Of a DNA stretch of 64,000 nucleotides, positions 43,801 to 53,259 are shown one piece after another. The notes under the pieces are model-generated. The model ran no database searches and was not told the origin of the DNA. It saw nothing but the letters and a program-made list of their open reading frames with translations. The position numbers and the translations under genes were made by a program. The stretch comes from a virus, in IMG/VR virus record IMGVR_UViG_3300049811_000692, positions 1 to 64,000 of that record. One strand, 5' to 3'. Every line of letters starts with the position of its first letter. Position 1 is the stretch's first letter.

Positions 43801-45868
43801 CGCAGCGGACGTGTCGGGGGCGCTGGCGGCCGGCAACTTCCCGAACAGCCTGCGCCCGGTCGAGGTGGTGGCGACGCTCCCGGCAAGCGGGAACTTCGCG
43901 GGGCGCATGGCGTTCCTGACGACGGACAACAAGCTGTACCGGCACAACGGGACGGCCTGGATCGCGTCGCTGGCGGCGACGGACCTGACCGGGTCCATCA
44001 CCTCCACCCAGATCACGGACGGGGCGATCTCGACGCCCAAGCTCGCCGCCGGCGCGGTGACGGCGAGCGAGCTCGCCGCGAACGCGGTGACGGCCAACAA
44101 GATCCTGGCGGGCGCCGTCTCGGCGGCCGCCATCGCGGCCGGCGCCATCTCGGCCAGCAAGCTGGTGGTCGGGGACACCTCGAACATCTTCCCCGACTTC
44201 GATGCGATCGATCCGGGCTTCTGGGCCGGGCCACACAGCTTCGTGGGGCAGACCAGCGCGGCCTTCGGACGCCAGGCGCTCGTCATCCCCTTCAACGCGA
44301 GCACGATCGCTAGCGACTCCGGCTACATCCAGGTCGAGCCCGGAGCCGAATACCGGGTGGAGATGGGGCTGGCCTGCGAGGTGGCCGGCGCCTTGGCGAC
44401 GGGCCAGGTGGTCTGGTTCTCCATGAATGGGTCTGGTGTGCTGACCTACCTCTCGGCGGACACCTTCGCGTCGAGCGACGTGACGGCCGCGGCCCGCTAC
44501 GGGGCCAACGTGGTGGCGCCGGCGACGGCCCGCCGGGCGGTGATCCGCCTGACCCGCTGGTCAGGGGGCACGGGCGGGGTGACCGGCGGCGGCGTGGTGA
44601 TGCGGCGTCGGGCGACGGGAAGCCTAATCGTGGACGGCGCGATCACGGCCGCGAAGATCGCGACCGACGCGGTCGAGGCGGCGAAGATCCAAGCCGATGC
44701 GGTGACGGCGACGAAGATCGCCGCGGGCGCGGTGACGGCCGACAAGATCGCAGCGAACTCCATCGTGGCGTCCAAGGTGATGATCGGGGACACCTCGAAC
44801 GTGTTCCCCGACTACGACTGCGAGGACAGCAGCTTTTGGACCGGCGACCACACCTTCGCGACCATGGGGATCGCCAGCTATGGGCGCCGCGAACTGCGCA
44901 TCCCGATGGGGGCGAGCGACACCCAGTCGTTGAGCGGCTACTTCATGGTGGAGCCCAGCACGTCCTACTGGATCGAGGGCGCGCTGCGCTGCGACACCGC
45001 GGGCGACACCGTCACCTTGGTGATCGAGTGGTACACGCTGACGGGCGGCGGCGTGCCCTCCTACAGCTCCGAGACCGTGATCGGGACGAGCACCTCGACC
45101 AGTTGGAGTAGGCCGGGCCTGGCGGTGACGTCAGGCTCCAGCATCCGGCGCGCACGCATCCGGTTCCGCCGCACGGCGGGCGGCACGTCCCAGGTGCGCT
45201 GCGGCGGCGTGATGATCCGCCGCCGGGCCATCGGCAACCTGATCGTGGACGGGTCGATCACGGCCGAGAAAATCGCGGCCAACGCCATCACGGCCAACGA
45301 GATTGCGGCCAACGCCATCACGGCGAGCGAGCTGGCGGCCGACTCGGTGGTCTTTGGGAAGGTGGCGGCGGGGGCGATCAAGAGCGCCCAGATCGCTACG
45401 GGCGAGATCCGAGCCACGCATATGGCGTCGGAGACGATCCTGACCCAGACGGGGCAGATCGCGGACCTGATCGTCGCGGAGGCGAAGATCCAGGGAGAGG
45501 CGGTCTCACACGTTTTTCAGGCAACGCAAATATTTGACCCGCCCTGGTATAACATCAGCTGGGCGCACATCCTTTCCGCCCGCTTTTACAGCAATAGTGC
45601 CAGAACAGGTCTCTTGGCTTGTTTTTACCGAGTTGGGAAAAACGGGTCGGCGAGCATCGGGCATTCCATCAATTGCTGGGTAACGCCCGATTCGGGCGGC
45701 GGCGGCATGGTCGCCGAGGCCGGGGGGGACATTTGGTTTGAAACGGCGGTGACGACGGGCTTTGTCTATGTGCCGCCGGGGTGGTTCACCTTGAACATCT
45801 ACGTTTCAAGTGGCGCGAACGCAGCATTTCACCGCGTCCACCCTGTCCTGTTTTTGAGGTCCCGATGA
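40871..45868 (+). CDS. Central tail fibre / host specificity protein J
   Basis: LSEGPI.G, VP.NYNP.TR.Y.G.WDGTFK.AWTDNPAW, DKWALY.IGQYCDE.V, EPR; Fn3 domains and IT..KIA..A.TA repeats. Confidence 0.93.
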   Translation: MDGPPPIVRGEGGKKSAPVVTPPPVEAPNSLRARSRIRALFALSEGPIAGFSNVLRQIYLDGVPLVDANGKTNFEGVTVETRNGDATQPPFNDFPVAEDTFAVSVKVEQAATPPVRTLDCTARDRIRVIVQVSALYLMDDKGNIGTNRVEWALDWRIAGGGGWVQLHAGAIDGKCMSPYQRAVTLPVPHNGMIELRLRRVSPDPADSKNQSELFWVSYASILDQKLTYPGTALVAIGFDATNQGGTMPQVTFEPDGGILCEVPVNYNPATRVYTGMWDGTFKKAWTDNPAWIFWTLATNPDWGGGAALSAGLTSPAAAYSAATGLVDKWALYTIGQYCDELVPNGLGGTEPRYRFNAWIDRADEAYRVLQAIAGVFRAMVYWGRGQIVPVADMPRNPVKLVSKVNVINGAFEYSVASLRARHSVVRVRWRDPALQYRENVAVVEDADMMAEIGVRPIDYEALGCTSLAQAIRMGKWVLYTEKYESGLLTYRAALDHITVAPGEVIAVQDEDRAGVAFSGRLARSRLSTTYVQLDRPVTLVGGQTYSLRIVYEDGTLSALLPITTPASTTDTLTLGTALAQNVLPEAVWMIYASNIEPETYQVVHIEEQQDGSFEVSALRHHAGKFNYIELGWALPGRPETMYPTNVGAMSSPTNLVIREYLTGVGGTPLVRVVFSWSFVTDPRVVAFEARWIKGGIVSPVQTVTETSVEFADLVPGTYSFQVRALGGAGNASAWVTLDNQAVDGQADPPAPPSALQLLSGIRNVQVNWTRPAGLYTRNFEVWAATTGFNNLANDATTNIGSAPAFGAFSKIGDTDGTSFVHADLLPSHVWWYMVRTIDVFGQWSTFVGPAGVRTSQLVAADIRDGIINTAKFASSISPVGLVTSGGVPASKAEDVIYHTPTNRLYRWDVGAAAYVAVVRTSELDGALAATNFPTGLRPVEVVSSLPSTGNFEGRVVMLTTDDKLYRHNGTAWISTVAAADVSGALAAGNFPNSLRPVEVVATLPASGNFAGRMAFLTTDNKLYRHNGTAWIASLAATDLTGSITSTQITDGAISTPKLAAGAVTASELAANAVTANKILAGAVSAAAIAAGAISASKLVVGDTSNIFPDFDAIDPGFWAGPHSFVGQTSAAFGRQALVIPFNASTIASDSGYIQVEPGAEYRVEMGLACEVAGALATGQVVWFSMNGSGVLTYLSADTFASSDVTAAARYGANVVAPATARRAVIRLTRWSGGTGGVTGGGVVMRRRATGSLIVDGAITAAKIATDAVEAAKIQADAVTATKIAAGAVTADKIAANSIVASKVMIGDTSNVFPDYDCEDSSFWTGDHTFATMGIASYGRRELRIPMGASDTQSLSGYFMVEPSTSYWIEGALRCDTAGDTVTLVIEWYTLTGGGVPSYSSETVIGTSTSTSWSRPGLAVTSGSSIRRARIRFRRTAGGTSQVRCGGVMIRRRAIGNLIVDGSITAEKIAANAITANEIAANAITASELAADSVVFGKVAAGAIKSAQIATGEIRATHMASETILTQTGQIADLIVAEAKIQGEAVSHVFQATQIFDPPWYNISWAHILSARFYSNSARTGLLACFYRVGKNGSASIGHSINCWVTPDSGGGGMVAEAGGDIWFETAVTTGFVYVPPGWFTLNIYVSSGANAAFHRVHPVLFLRSR

Positions 45869-46275
45869 AGGTATGGACGGCGTTTCCGGTGGGCGGGGGA
45901 TTGGCAAGGTGGAAAGCCTTTTCTCCCGTGGCGGACTGCCCCGACCCGGCACCGGAAGCTGGTGTGGAGCTGGTCGAGGGCGACTACCCGAGCGAGACGC
46001 ACTACCGCACAGCCGGCGGCGACATCCTCCCGCGCGGCGCCATCCTCGGCGCCCTTCCCCCAACGGTGGCGGCCGACGGGATCGAGGAGGTCGTCATGGC
46101 GGGCCTGCCGATGCCCTGCGAGCTCACCGTGGAGGACCCGAACAAGCAGATGACCCAGGCCACAGTCACCGGCGGCACGGTGACTCTCACCTTCGCGCTG
46201 GCCGGCACATGGACGATCTGGGTGGAGGCGCCGCCCGAGTACCAGACCTGGAAGGGGACGATCCTTGCGACTTGA
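45865..46275 (+). CDS. Tail fibre-associated protein
   Basis: ATGA coupling to J; ADG.E.V...GLP..C, LTF...G.W.I. Confidence 0.7.
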   Translation: MKVWTAFPVGGGLARWKAFSPVADCPDPAPEAGVELVEGDYPSETHYRTAGGDILPRGAILGALPPTVAADGIEEVVMAGLPMPCELTVEDPNKQMTQATVTGGTVTLTFALAGTWTIWVEAPPEYQTWKGTILAT

Positions 46276-46675
46276 TCTTGGCCCGGCCCTGGCGGCCGTG
46301 AAGGCTGAGGCGCTGGCGCGGGTGGACGCCGAGGCCGAAGAGGCCCGCCGGGCCTGGATCACGCTCGGGGCCGGGCAGGCCATGGAGTACATGGCCACCG
46401 AGGCCGACGCGCGGGCCTACCAAGCGGCGCGCGCGGCCAGCGCCCCGGCAGATCCCATCGGGTCATGGCCCTGGCTCGAAGCGGAGCAGGCGGCGCGGGG
46501 CGGCGCGATGCCGCTTGGCGATATCGCCGACGAGGTGGTCGCGAACGCGAATGGGTGGACGGCGGCGGGCGCCGCCATCAAGGCGCTCCGGCGCGGCCGC
46601 AAGCTGCAGATCGAGTCCGCCGCGACCATCACGGCCGTGCGCGCGGCATTCCCGATCCCCTGGCCGGCGCCTTGA
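46265..46675 (+). CDS. Tail fibre assembly-like protein
   Basis: A..AR...IT...GQAMEY....A.A, P.L.AE, W......I...R...K..I. Confidence 0.7.
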   Translation: MRLDLGPALAAVKAEALARVDAEAEEARRAWITLGAGQAMEYMATEADARAYQAARAASAPADPIGSWPWLEAEQAARGGAMPLGDIADEVVANANGWTAAGAAIKALRRGRKLQIESAATITAVRAAFPIPWPAP

Positions 46676-46733
46676 GCCTTGCGTGGCGCTCAAAGGGGTC
46701 GCCACACATGAGGTGCAGCAGGAGAGTGGCCGC

Positions 46734-47081
46734 ATGGGAAAAATGCATCCGCAGGACCGAGAGCGGGCGCGCTACGTGCTGTCGCAGTCGTTCTCGACGC
46801 CGAGCACCAAGAGCAACGCCCAGGTGATGGAGGGGACGCTCTGGTTCTTCGTTGCGGGAACCTTCGCTGGGGAGATCAGCGTCGAGGGGTCGCTGGACGG
46901 AGGCGTGACCTGGGCTCCGGTCCTTGCTGACAGCGCGGGGTCGCGTCTGGCGCTTTCCGAAACCGGAATGCTGTCCATTCCTTCCCCGGAAGCGGCAACC
47001 CTCATGCGCCTTGGAACAAGCGCCTCCTTCTCAGGAACCGCGCTCGCGCGCCTGTCCGGGGGGTGGGCGCCGGCGCCATGA
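46734..47081 (+). CDS. Small beta-sandwich virion protein
   Basis: AGGAGA RBS; V.GTF.G.I.VE.SLDGG.TW. Confidence 0.65.
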   Translation: MGKMHPQDRERARYVLSQSFSTPSTKSNAQVMEGTLWFFVAGTFAGEISVEGSLDGGVTWAPVLADSAGSRLALSETGMLSIPSPEAATLMRLGTSASFSGTALARLSGGWAPAP

Positions 47082-49051
47082 GCGCAACGATGGGCCGGGC
47101 CTTTACGGGTGTCACTCCTGGTGTCCTGCAGTGGCAGAACCGCGCCCTGCCCTTGCCGCCCCAGGCGTTCGATCGCCGGGCGGGCGATCCTGAATACCAA
47201 GGACAACAGGCGGCGCTCTCCAAGTGGATCGCCGCGCTCGATGGCGACTACCGCCACGGCCATCTGCCGCGCGGCCTGTACCGCCTGAGCGGCGCCGAGC
47301 AGATCACGAAGGTCGTTGGAAACGCCATCAGCATCCAGGGCGACGGCCGCGGCCGGTCGATCATCTGGGCCGACGACACCTTCACGGGCGTCATGCTGCA
47401 TTTCGAGGACATCTGGTGGGCCAGCGACCAATCGCGCGCCCCGTCCGGCGTGGTCCCCAGCCCTGGCCAGTACGCGGCCAACAACTGGTCCTACCAGCTC
47501 AATCAGGCGTGGCAGGGGCGCCTCGCGCTCCGGGATTTCTCCCTGGTCGGGAGCATCGTGAACCGCGCAACGGGCGCCATTGCCGCGCCGCGCCAGCACG
47601 GGATCCAGTTCACGGATCGAATCGACCACGCGCAACTCATCGGCCTTGACCTCCTCAACATGGCCGGCAGCGGCATCCGGCAGGTGACAGGCCCCGGCTT
47701 GGGCGCGGCCGGCCTTCGTGAGTGCCAGGTCGAGCGGTTGATGTTCCGGCACTGCGGGTGGGGGCAGGAGTTCCCGGCCTTCGACCTCAATTTCACCGGC
47801 ACCGGCGGCAGCCAGGGTAATTACTACCGCATCAGGGGTAGCGAATGGGCCAACTGCCACGGGACGCACATCCGCATCAGAAACGAAGGCAACGGGAGCG
47901 CTGGCGCGACGCGCATCATTGATTTTCTGGACCTCACGTCGCATGGCGAAAGTAGCTGGAACCCCGCGGGGGCCGGATACGACGCCTCGATCCCGTTGCC
48001 GGGCGGCTCCCGCTGGCACCTGATCGACATACTGGGCCACGTCGATACTGTCCATTTTCGCGGCGTGAGAACAACACACTCCCTTGACGGGCACTTCATC
48101 TATCATATCGGCGCCGTCAACGGAAAAACGCCATTTGAAATCTTCATCACCGAGTCCTTCAATGAAGGAGCCGGAACAAATCTACTATGGGTCGAGCACG
48201 GCTACGAAATCGTCGCGGATTTCTACGAAACAGCGGGCGGCCTAATTCGCGTCGGGAGCGGCGTAACGGGGGCCGTTACTCTTCGCGGCCCAGCCCACGA
48301 TAAGTTGAACGTCGATATCGCGGAGCCGGTTAGGCACCTAGTCTCCATGGCGGGGTCGAGCCCGCGCACGAACCTCCCGCTCCGCGTCGCGCATGTGGAT
48401 AGTCGCCACGCGAGGAGCGAGGGGTCCGCCTTGACCATCGGCCGCGCCAGCGTCCTGCAATACGCCAGAACCCTCGGCACGGGTGCGACAACCAACTTCG
48501 CGTTCACGGACGATTCACTCGTAGGCCAGAACGTGATCGCCGGCACACAAGCGGGCGAAGCCATCCGGCTTGAGGCCGGCACGATGGCGCTCATCGCCTA
48601 CCATGTGCTCGCCATCGGGGTGACGACCATCCGGGCAGAGTGGCGAGGCGTGGTGCTCGCGCACCGCCTCACCAACGCGGCCAGCCTGACGATCATCGGC
48701 GGCGCCGGCGCGTCGATCCCACCCGACACATCGGATACGGCTCCCGGGGCCTCTGCCCGCCTCGCCATCGCGGCGGACACGGTTCAGGGTGGGGTGCAGT
48801 TCACCGCGACGCAGGCGTCCACCATCAACTGGCACCTTCGGGCCGAGGTAATCACGATCGGTCAGGTGGTGGCGGGCAACCTGGGCGTTGCCCAGGCGCT
48901 CCTTGAGCAGGCCGCCGCCGGCCCGATTGCCGAGCTGGCCACGTCCCGCGTGCGCGGCTTCTTCGCGGATGACGCGGCTGCGGGCGCGGCGGGCGTGACC
49001 AGCGGCCAGCGCTTCATCCTCGCTACAGGCAAGCTCGCGGTGAAGACATGA
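47078..49051 (+). CDS. Tail spike / depolymerase-like beta-helix protein
   Basis: LPRGLYRL, ISIQGDG.G.S.I, LRDFSL.G, HGI.F (pectate-lyase-like start); lower GC. Confidence 0.65.
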   Translation: MSATMGRAFTGVTPGVLQWQNRALPLPPQAFDRRAGDPEYQGQQAALSKWIAALDGDYRHGHLPRGLYRLSGAEQITKVVGNAISIQGDGRGRSIIWADDTFTGVMLHFEDIWWASDQSRAPSGVVPSPGQYAANNWSYQLNQAWQGRLALRDFSLVGSIVNRATGAIAAPRQHGIQFTDRIDHAQLIGLDLLNMAGSGIRQVTGPGLGAAGLRECQVERLMFRHCGWGQEFPAFDLNFTGTGGSQGNYYRIRGSEWANCHGTHIRIRNEGNGSAGATRIIDFLDLTSHGESSWNPAGAGYDASIPLPGGSRWHLIDILGHVDTVHFRGVRTTHSLDGHFIYHIGAVNGKTPFEIFITESFNEGAGTNLLWVEHGYEIVADFYETAGGLIRVGSGVTGAVTLRGPAHDKLNVDIAEPVRHLVSMAGSSPRTNLPLRVAHVDSRHARSEGSALTIGRASVLQYARTLGTGATTNFAFTDDSLVGQNVIAGTQAGEAIRLEAGTMALIAYHVLAIGVTTIRAEWRGVVLAHRLTNAASLTIIGGAGASIPPDTSDTAPGASARLAIAADTVQGGVQFTATQASTINWHLRAEVITIGQVVAGNLGVAQALLEQAAAGPIAELATSRVRGFFADDAAAGAAGVTSGQRFILATGKLAVKT

Positions 49052-50975
49052 TGGCGCTCACCCCCGTTACGCCGGCCGGCGTTCGCCGCACCCCGAACCT
49101 CGGCAGCTTCTACTCGCTTCCCAGCGGGGCGGGCCCCCGTATTCTGTCGCCGACCGATTGGATTGACCTCATCATCTGCTGGGGACAGTCCAACATGGGG
49201 AACGGCGGGTGGCCGGGGAACCCAAACAGCGACCTGGCCTTTGAGCCCTACCCGGGACGGCTGCTCTGCCTCGATAGAAGCGAGCTTCACGCCGTCCAGG
49301 GAGACGAAGGGTCGAACTTCCTGGACCCCGCCGAAATCCTGGCGTTCCGCTCTCTCCTTGATCGTGCCGGCGAGCCGATCTTCCAGAGCATGGCGATCGC
49401 CGTGGCCTACGCCGACATCTGCGAGGCGCGTCGCCAGCCGTGGCCGGCGACCGTGATCCTCACCGTGACGCAGCCCGGGACCGCCCTCAATCACCACCTC
49501 CCAGCCTCGATCCCGGGGAGCAACGCGGACGGGGTGCGGAACTCCACAAACCTCCTCAACGGGGTCCGCGCGGTGGTGAACCTCGCCGCGAAGCATGGCA
49601 TGCGCGTTCGCGCGCGCTCGATCGGCTCGCGGGGCGAGGGGCGCGTGCAGGCGCCCATCCTCTTGGCCGACTACGGCGCCACTCTTTCCGCCTACGGCGC
49701 GTGGCAGGATGCCGAGGTGCGGGCGATCACGCGACAGCCGAACCCGCTGCGGATCGGCATACTGCAGACCGGCCAGCCGCGGAGCAGCGCGGCCGTCGCG
49801 GATGTCGCATCCGTGATGCAGCAGCAGGCCGCCCTTGTGCGGGCAGAACCCGCTAGGTGGTTCATGATGGCGCCGCTCTATGCCTCGACCCTGCGCGGCT
49901 CCGCGGCCAACTCCCACCCGGCGCCGGCGGGCCGGAAAATGGGCGCGGCGGCCGCCGGCGTGGCGCTTGCCGTAGAGGCCGCCGGCGGCACCTGGAATGA
50001 CCTCTCGATCGACGCCATCCGGCCGGTCAGCTCCACCGTCCTGCGCGCCTTCGTCCGCTTCCCGCCGGGCGTCACGCCCACCCTCGCGCTCGACACCACC
50101 TGGCAGGCGGCGAGGCGGGGCTGCCGACCCTCATCCGGCACTACCTCCGGGCCGAGGGAATCGACCTCGCGCAGCGCACGACGCCGATCGAGCAGCAGAT
50201 GGCTCCGGCGCTCGACGCCGAAATCCTTGCCGACCCCGAGCTATCCTTCTGGGTCCGCGCGGACGCGGCGAATGTGGTGGAGACGGTGGGGCCGGTCGTG
50301 CACCAGTGGCGCGACCGCCGGCCGGGCAATGCGGTCGTGTTCACCCAGGCGGCCGCCGGGCGCCGAGGCGCGCCCGTCATCTCCTTGGTAGGCACCGAGC
50401 GCGCCGTGCGCTGCGTCTCAGCCACCAGCCACAGGTGGGATGAGGTCACCCCGACCGACACGCGGCAGCCCTTCACGTTCGCGCTCCTCGCCCGCGTCGC
50501 GTCCAACGTGCTCACGACCACGTTCTTGCTGGGCAAGGCGACCGTGGGTGGGAGCTCGCAAGACACCACCGGCATCGTCATCCACGACTCGAGCGGCGTC
50601 CCGACGCTGCGGCTTCGGCATGGTAGCGGCTCGGCCGGCACCGTCGCCGATTTCGCACCCTTCACGCGGAACGAATGGAGCCTCATCGTCTTCTCGGGTG
50701 ATGGCTCGGGCGGCATGCGGATGCGCTACAACGGCCGCCCGTGCTGCGCGCTGCGCCCGACCGCGTGGGATTTGACCGCGACCATCCCGGCCAGCACGCC
50801 CTTCTCGCTCGGATCGCAGAGCGTCTCGGCCAACGCCTTCTCGGCAGACGCCGACATCGCGGCCGTCATGGGCTGGCGCGGGACGGACCTTCTTCGCCCC
50901 GCTGGACTCGCGAAGGTGCGGCGCCTGGAGGCGTATTTCGCCCGGGTCTATGGGGTGCCGATCAAGAGCTTGTAG
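49048..50975 (+). pseudogene. SGNH-like esterase plus LamG-like tail-associated coding region with a frame break near 50105-50112
   Basis: IICWGQSNM motif; coding signal leaves the 49048 frame after DTTWQA and resumes in the -1 frame (GEAGLPTLIRHYL...FWVRAD...V.QWRD...LEAYFARVYGV). Confidence 0.6.
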
Positions 50976-51076
50976 GCGAGCCGCACCTTCGCCATGAGCC
51001 TTGCGCACCGAAAGATGTGGCCGCCACACCGATAGGGGCGGGCATCACGCCTGCATGACATGCATGGAGGCGCCCC

Positions 51077-51514
51077 GTGGCCAACCTGACCGACTGGACC
51101 GAGAACAACTTCCTCGACTTCCTTCTTCGCGGGCAGGCCTGGACCTTGCCGGCGGATCTGCACATCGGGCTCTTCACCGTGGCGCCGACGGACGCGGGCG
51201 GCGGCACCGAAGTCACCGGCGGGTCCTACGCGCGCGTGGCCATCACGCGGTCGCTGGCGAACTGGGCGGGCACGCAGTCGGCCGGCAGCACCACCGCCTC
51301 GACCGGCACCGGCGGCCAGACCTCGAACAACGGCACCGTGACCTTCGCGGCCCCCACGGCGAACTGGGGCACCGTCGTCGCGATCGGCGTCTTCACGGCT
51401 TCGTCCGGCGGCAACCTCGTCTTCTGGGCGCCGCTCGGCACGTCGAAGACCATCAACAGCGGCGACCAGGCCCCGGTCATCTCGGCGGGTCAGCTCACGC
51501 TCACCATCGCGTAA
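51077..51514 (+). CDS. Conserved minor tail/fibre-base protein
   Basis: EN..LD..LRG, L.IGLFT..P.D.G.GTEV.GGSYARV, TF..PTANWGTV, GGNL, KTI.SGD. Confidence 0.8.
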   Translation: MANLTDWTENNFLDFLLRGQAWTLPADLHIGLFTVAPTDAGGGTEVTGGSYARVAITRSLANWAGTQSAGSTTASTGTGGQTSNNGTVTFAAPTANWGTVVAIGVFTASSGGNLVFWAPLGTSKTINSGDQAPVISAGQLTLTIA

Positions 51515-51524
51515 GGCGCGCGCC

Positions 51525-52007
51525 ATGGAATGGGCTGCTCTTCCAGAGCCGAAGCGCCAGGCGCTTCTGGCCCGCCTCGCGGAGCCCGACGTGGCGGGAC
51601 TTCCCGAGTGGGCCGCGGCGGCGGCGTTGAACGCGCCCGACGCAGGGTTGCCGACGGCGCGCGTGCATGTCGCCACCAGCGACGTCTATGGGCACTTGCT
51701 GACGACCGGCGAGTGGCCACCGATCATCATGGCGGCCGAGGCGGGGGGCGGCGCACAGGAAGCGGTTCGGGGGCTCTGCATCCTGGTTCGCGACACCCTG
51801 CAGATGACCTCCCAGCTCGAGACGGGGAAGCCAGAGCGGTACGCGGCGGTGGTGCAGGTGCTTGCCGGCCTCAAGGCAGCGAGCCTCATTTCGGCCAGCA
51901 CAGAGACGGCGCTGCTGGCGCTGGCGGAGGCGCCCCAGTCCTGGGCGCAGGCGAACGGCATCGTCGTGACCGACCAGCTGGTGGGCGCGGCTCGGGGAGG
52001 CATCTGA
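51525..52007 (+). CDS. Hypothetical protein
   Basis: Clean ORF within the fibre operon; AAALNA...SWA..NG....V..AR. Confidence 0.7.
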   Translation: MEWAALPEPKRQALLARLAEPDVAGLPEWAAAAALNAPDAGLPTARVHVATSDVYGHLLTTGEWPPIIMAAEAGGGAQEAVRGLCILVRDTLQMTSQLETGKPERYAAVVQVLAGLKAASLISASTETALLALAEAPQSWAQANGIVVTDQLVGAARGGI

Positions 52008-52008
52008 C

Positions 52009-52440
52009 ATGGCCCAATCCCAGTGGGGCGCGCCCGCCGCCGAGACGAACATCGCCGGCACGGCGCTGAACGGCTTGATCGCGGGCACGACCAGCCTCCC
52101 CATGGAGTTCGAGAACGGCACGGGCCGCATCATCAACGCGCGCCTTCGCCTGGTGCTCGGCTCCATCACCCCGGCCGTGGGCGGCACCGTGGTGCTCCGC
52201 CTGGTGAATTGGGATGCGGCCAACAGCGTGTGGGAGGACTACAGCGCCCTGAGCGGCCATCACGAGTCCTACGCGATCGCGCTCATCCCCTCGGTCGGCG
52301 CGATCAAGCGCGCCATCCTCCCCATGGTGCGTATCTACCCGTGGAGGGTGGGCTTCGTGCTGACGAACAGCAGCGGCGTGAACCTCGCGGCGAGCGGGAA
52401 CGGCCTCTTCCTGAGCACCTTCCCCGAAGAGATGACCTAG
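52009..52440 (+). CDS. Small beta-sandwich virion protein
   Basis: GGAGG RBS; LNGL..G, I.P......L.N..G..LAASGN. Confidence 0.7.
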   Translation: MAQSQWGAPAAETNIAGTALNGLIAGTTSLPMEFENGTGRIINARLRLVLGSITPAVGGTVVLRLVNWDAANSVWEDYSALSGHHESYAIALIPSVGAIKRAILPMVRIYPWRVGFVLTNSSGVNLAASGNGLFLSTFPEEMT

Positions 52441-52446
52441 CCCCCC

Positions 52447-53256
52447 ATGCCGCGCGGCTTGAACCCACAGGACGACGCCCGCATCCAGGGGCGTCTGTGG
52501 ACCCCTGGCGCGGCCTTTCCTGACGTGGCCGCGTGGCACAGCGCGCTCAATATCGACCGCGCCACCATCACAAACTCCAAGTGGGCGGGGCTTGATAATC
52601 TGGCGGGGCATGCTCGCCTAGTACACACGGCCGATATTTCCCGGCCTCCCCTGGCCACCAATGCGCGGGGCCAGCCCATCATCAATCTTCCGGCTCACGG
52701 CACCTGGCTCTACCACGAGTCCCAGGTTCCGCTGCAAAGTTCCTTTTCTGTTTCGCTCTTGTTCCGCGCCGGCGCTGGTTCCGGCTCAAATGCGCGAGTT
52801 CTGGGCTTCGTGGGCAATTCGGCCGACATGGACTATAACCAAGCGAGCGCGATGGGACTGATCTATCGCAACTCGGCAACCACGTATGGTCTTTACTACA
52901 ACAATGGCGCGGTGGACCTGACATACACCCATGCGGATGGGTGGGGGATCATTACCGTGGAGGCGAGCGTGGCCGCCAATACGATCCGCGTCTTCTCGCG
53001 CGGCGCGGAGGTCGGGTCACGCTCCTGGAACGGGGGCAGCATCGGAGCCGGGCACTTCATTCTGGGGGCCTACCGCATCTCTTCGGCGACGGCGGAGGTG
53101 ATCGGCGAATACGGGGAGATGGTCGCGGTGCGGGGCGAGGCCGGGCGCCGACACCGTGAGCGCGTCGAGGGATACATGGCGTGGAGGTGGGGTGTCGCAG
53201 ACACGATGGCGGCCACACACCCGTACCGGACCCGCCCGCCCCTCCTCGGGGTGTGA
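52447..53256 (+). CDS. LamG/lectin-like putative receptor-binding protein
   Basis: GRLWTP N-terminus, low-GC core, C-terminal VEGYMAWRWG......HPYR..PP. Confidence 0.7.
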   Translation: MPRGLNPQDDARIQGRLWTPGAAFPDVAAWHSALNIDRATITNSKWAGLDNLAGHARLVHTADISRPPLATNARGQPIINLPAHGTWLYHESQVPLQSSFSVSLLFRAGAGSGSNARVLGFVGNSADMDYNQASAMGLIYRNSATTYGLYYNNGAVDLTYTHADGWGIITVEASVAANTIRVFSRGAEVGSRSWNGGSIGAGHFILGAYRISSATAEVIGEYGEMVAVRGEAGRRHRERVEGYMAWRWGVADTMAATHPYRTRPPLLGV

Positions 53257-53259
53257 CGC

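Noticed and set aside
31785-44236. Very long minus-strand ORFs (2108 aa and 1413 aa here; similar ones elsewhere in the window)
   Set aside because: Antisense shadows of GC3-biased real genes, Arg/Gly/Ala-rich with no motifs.
44170-53256. Invertible tail-fibre shufflon
   Set aside because: All fibre genes are on one strand; no invertase or inverted crossover repeats noticed.
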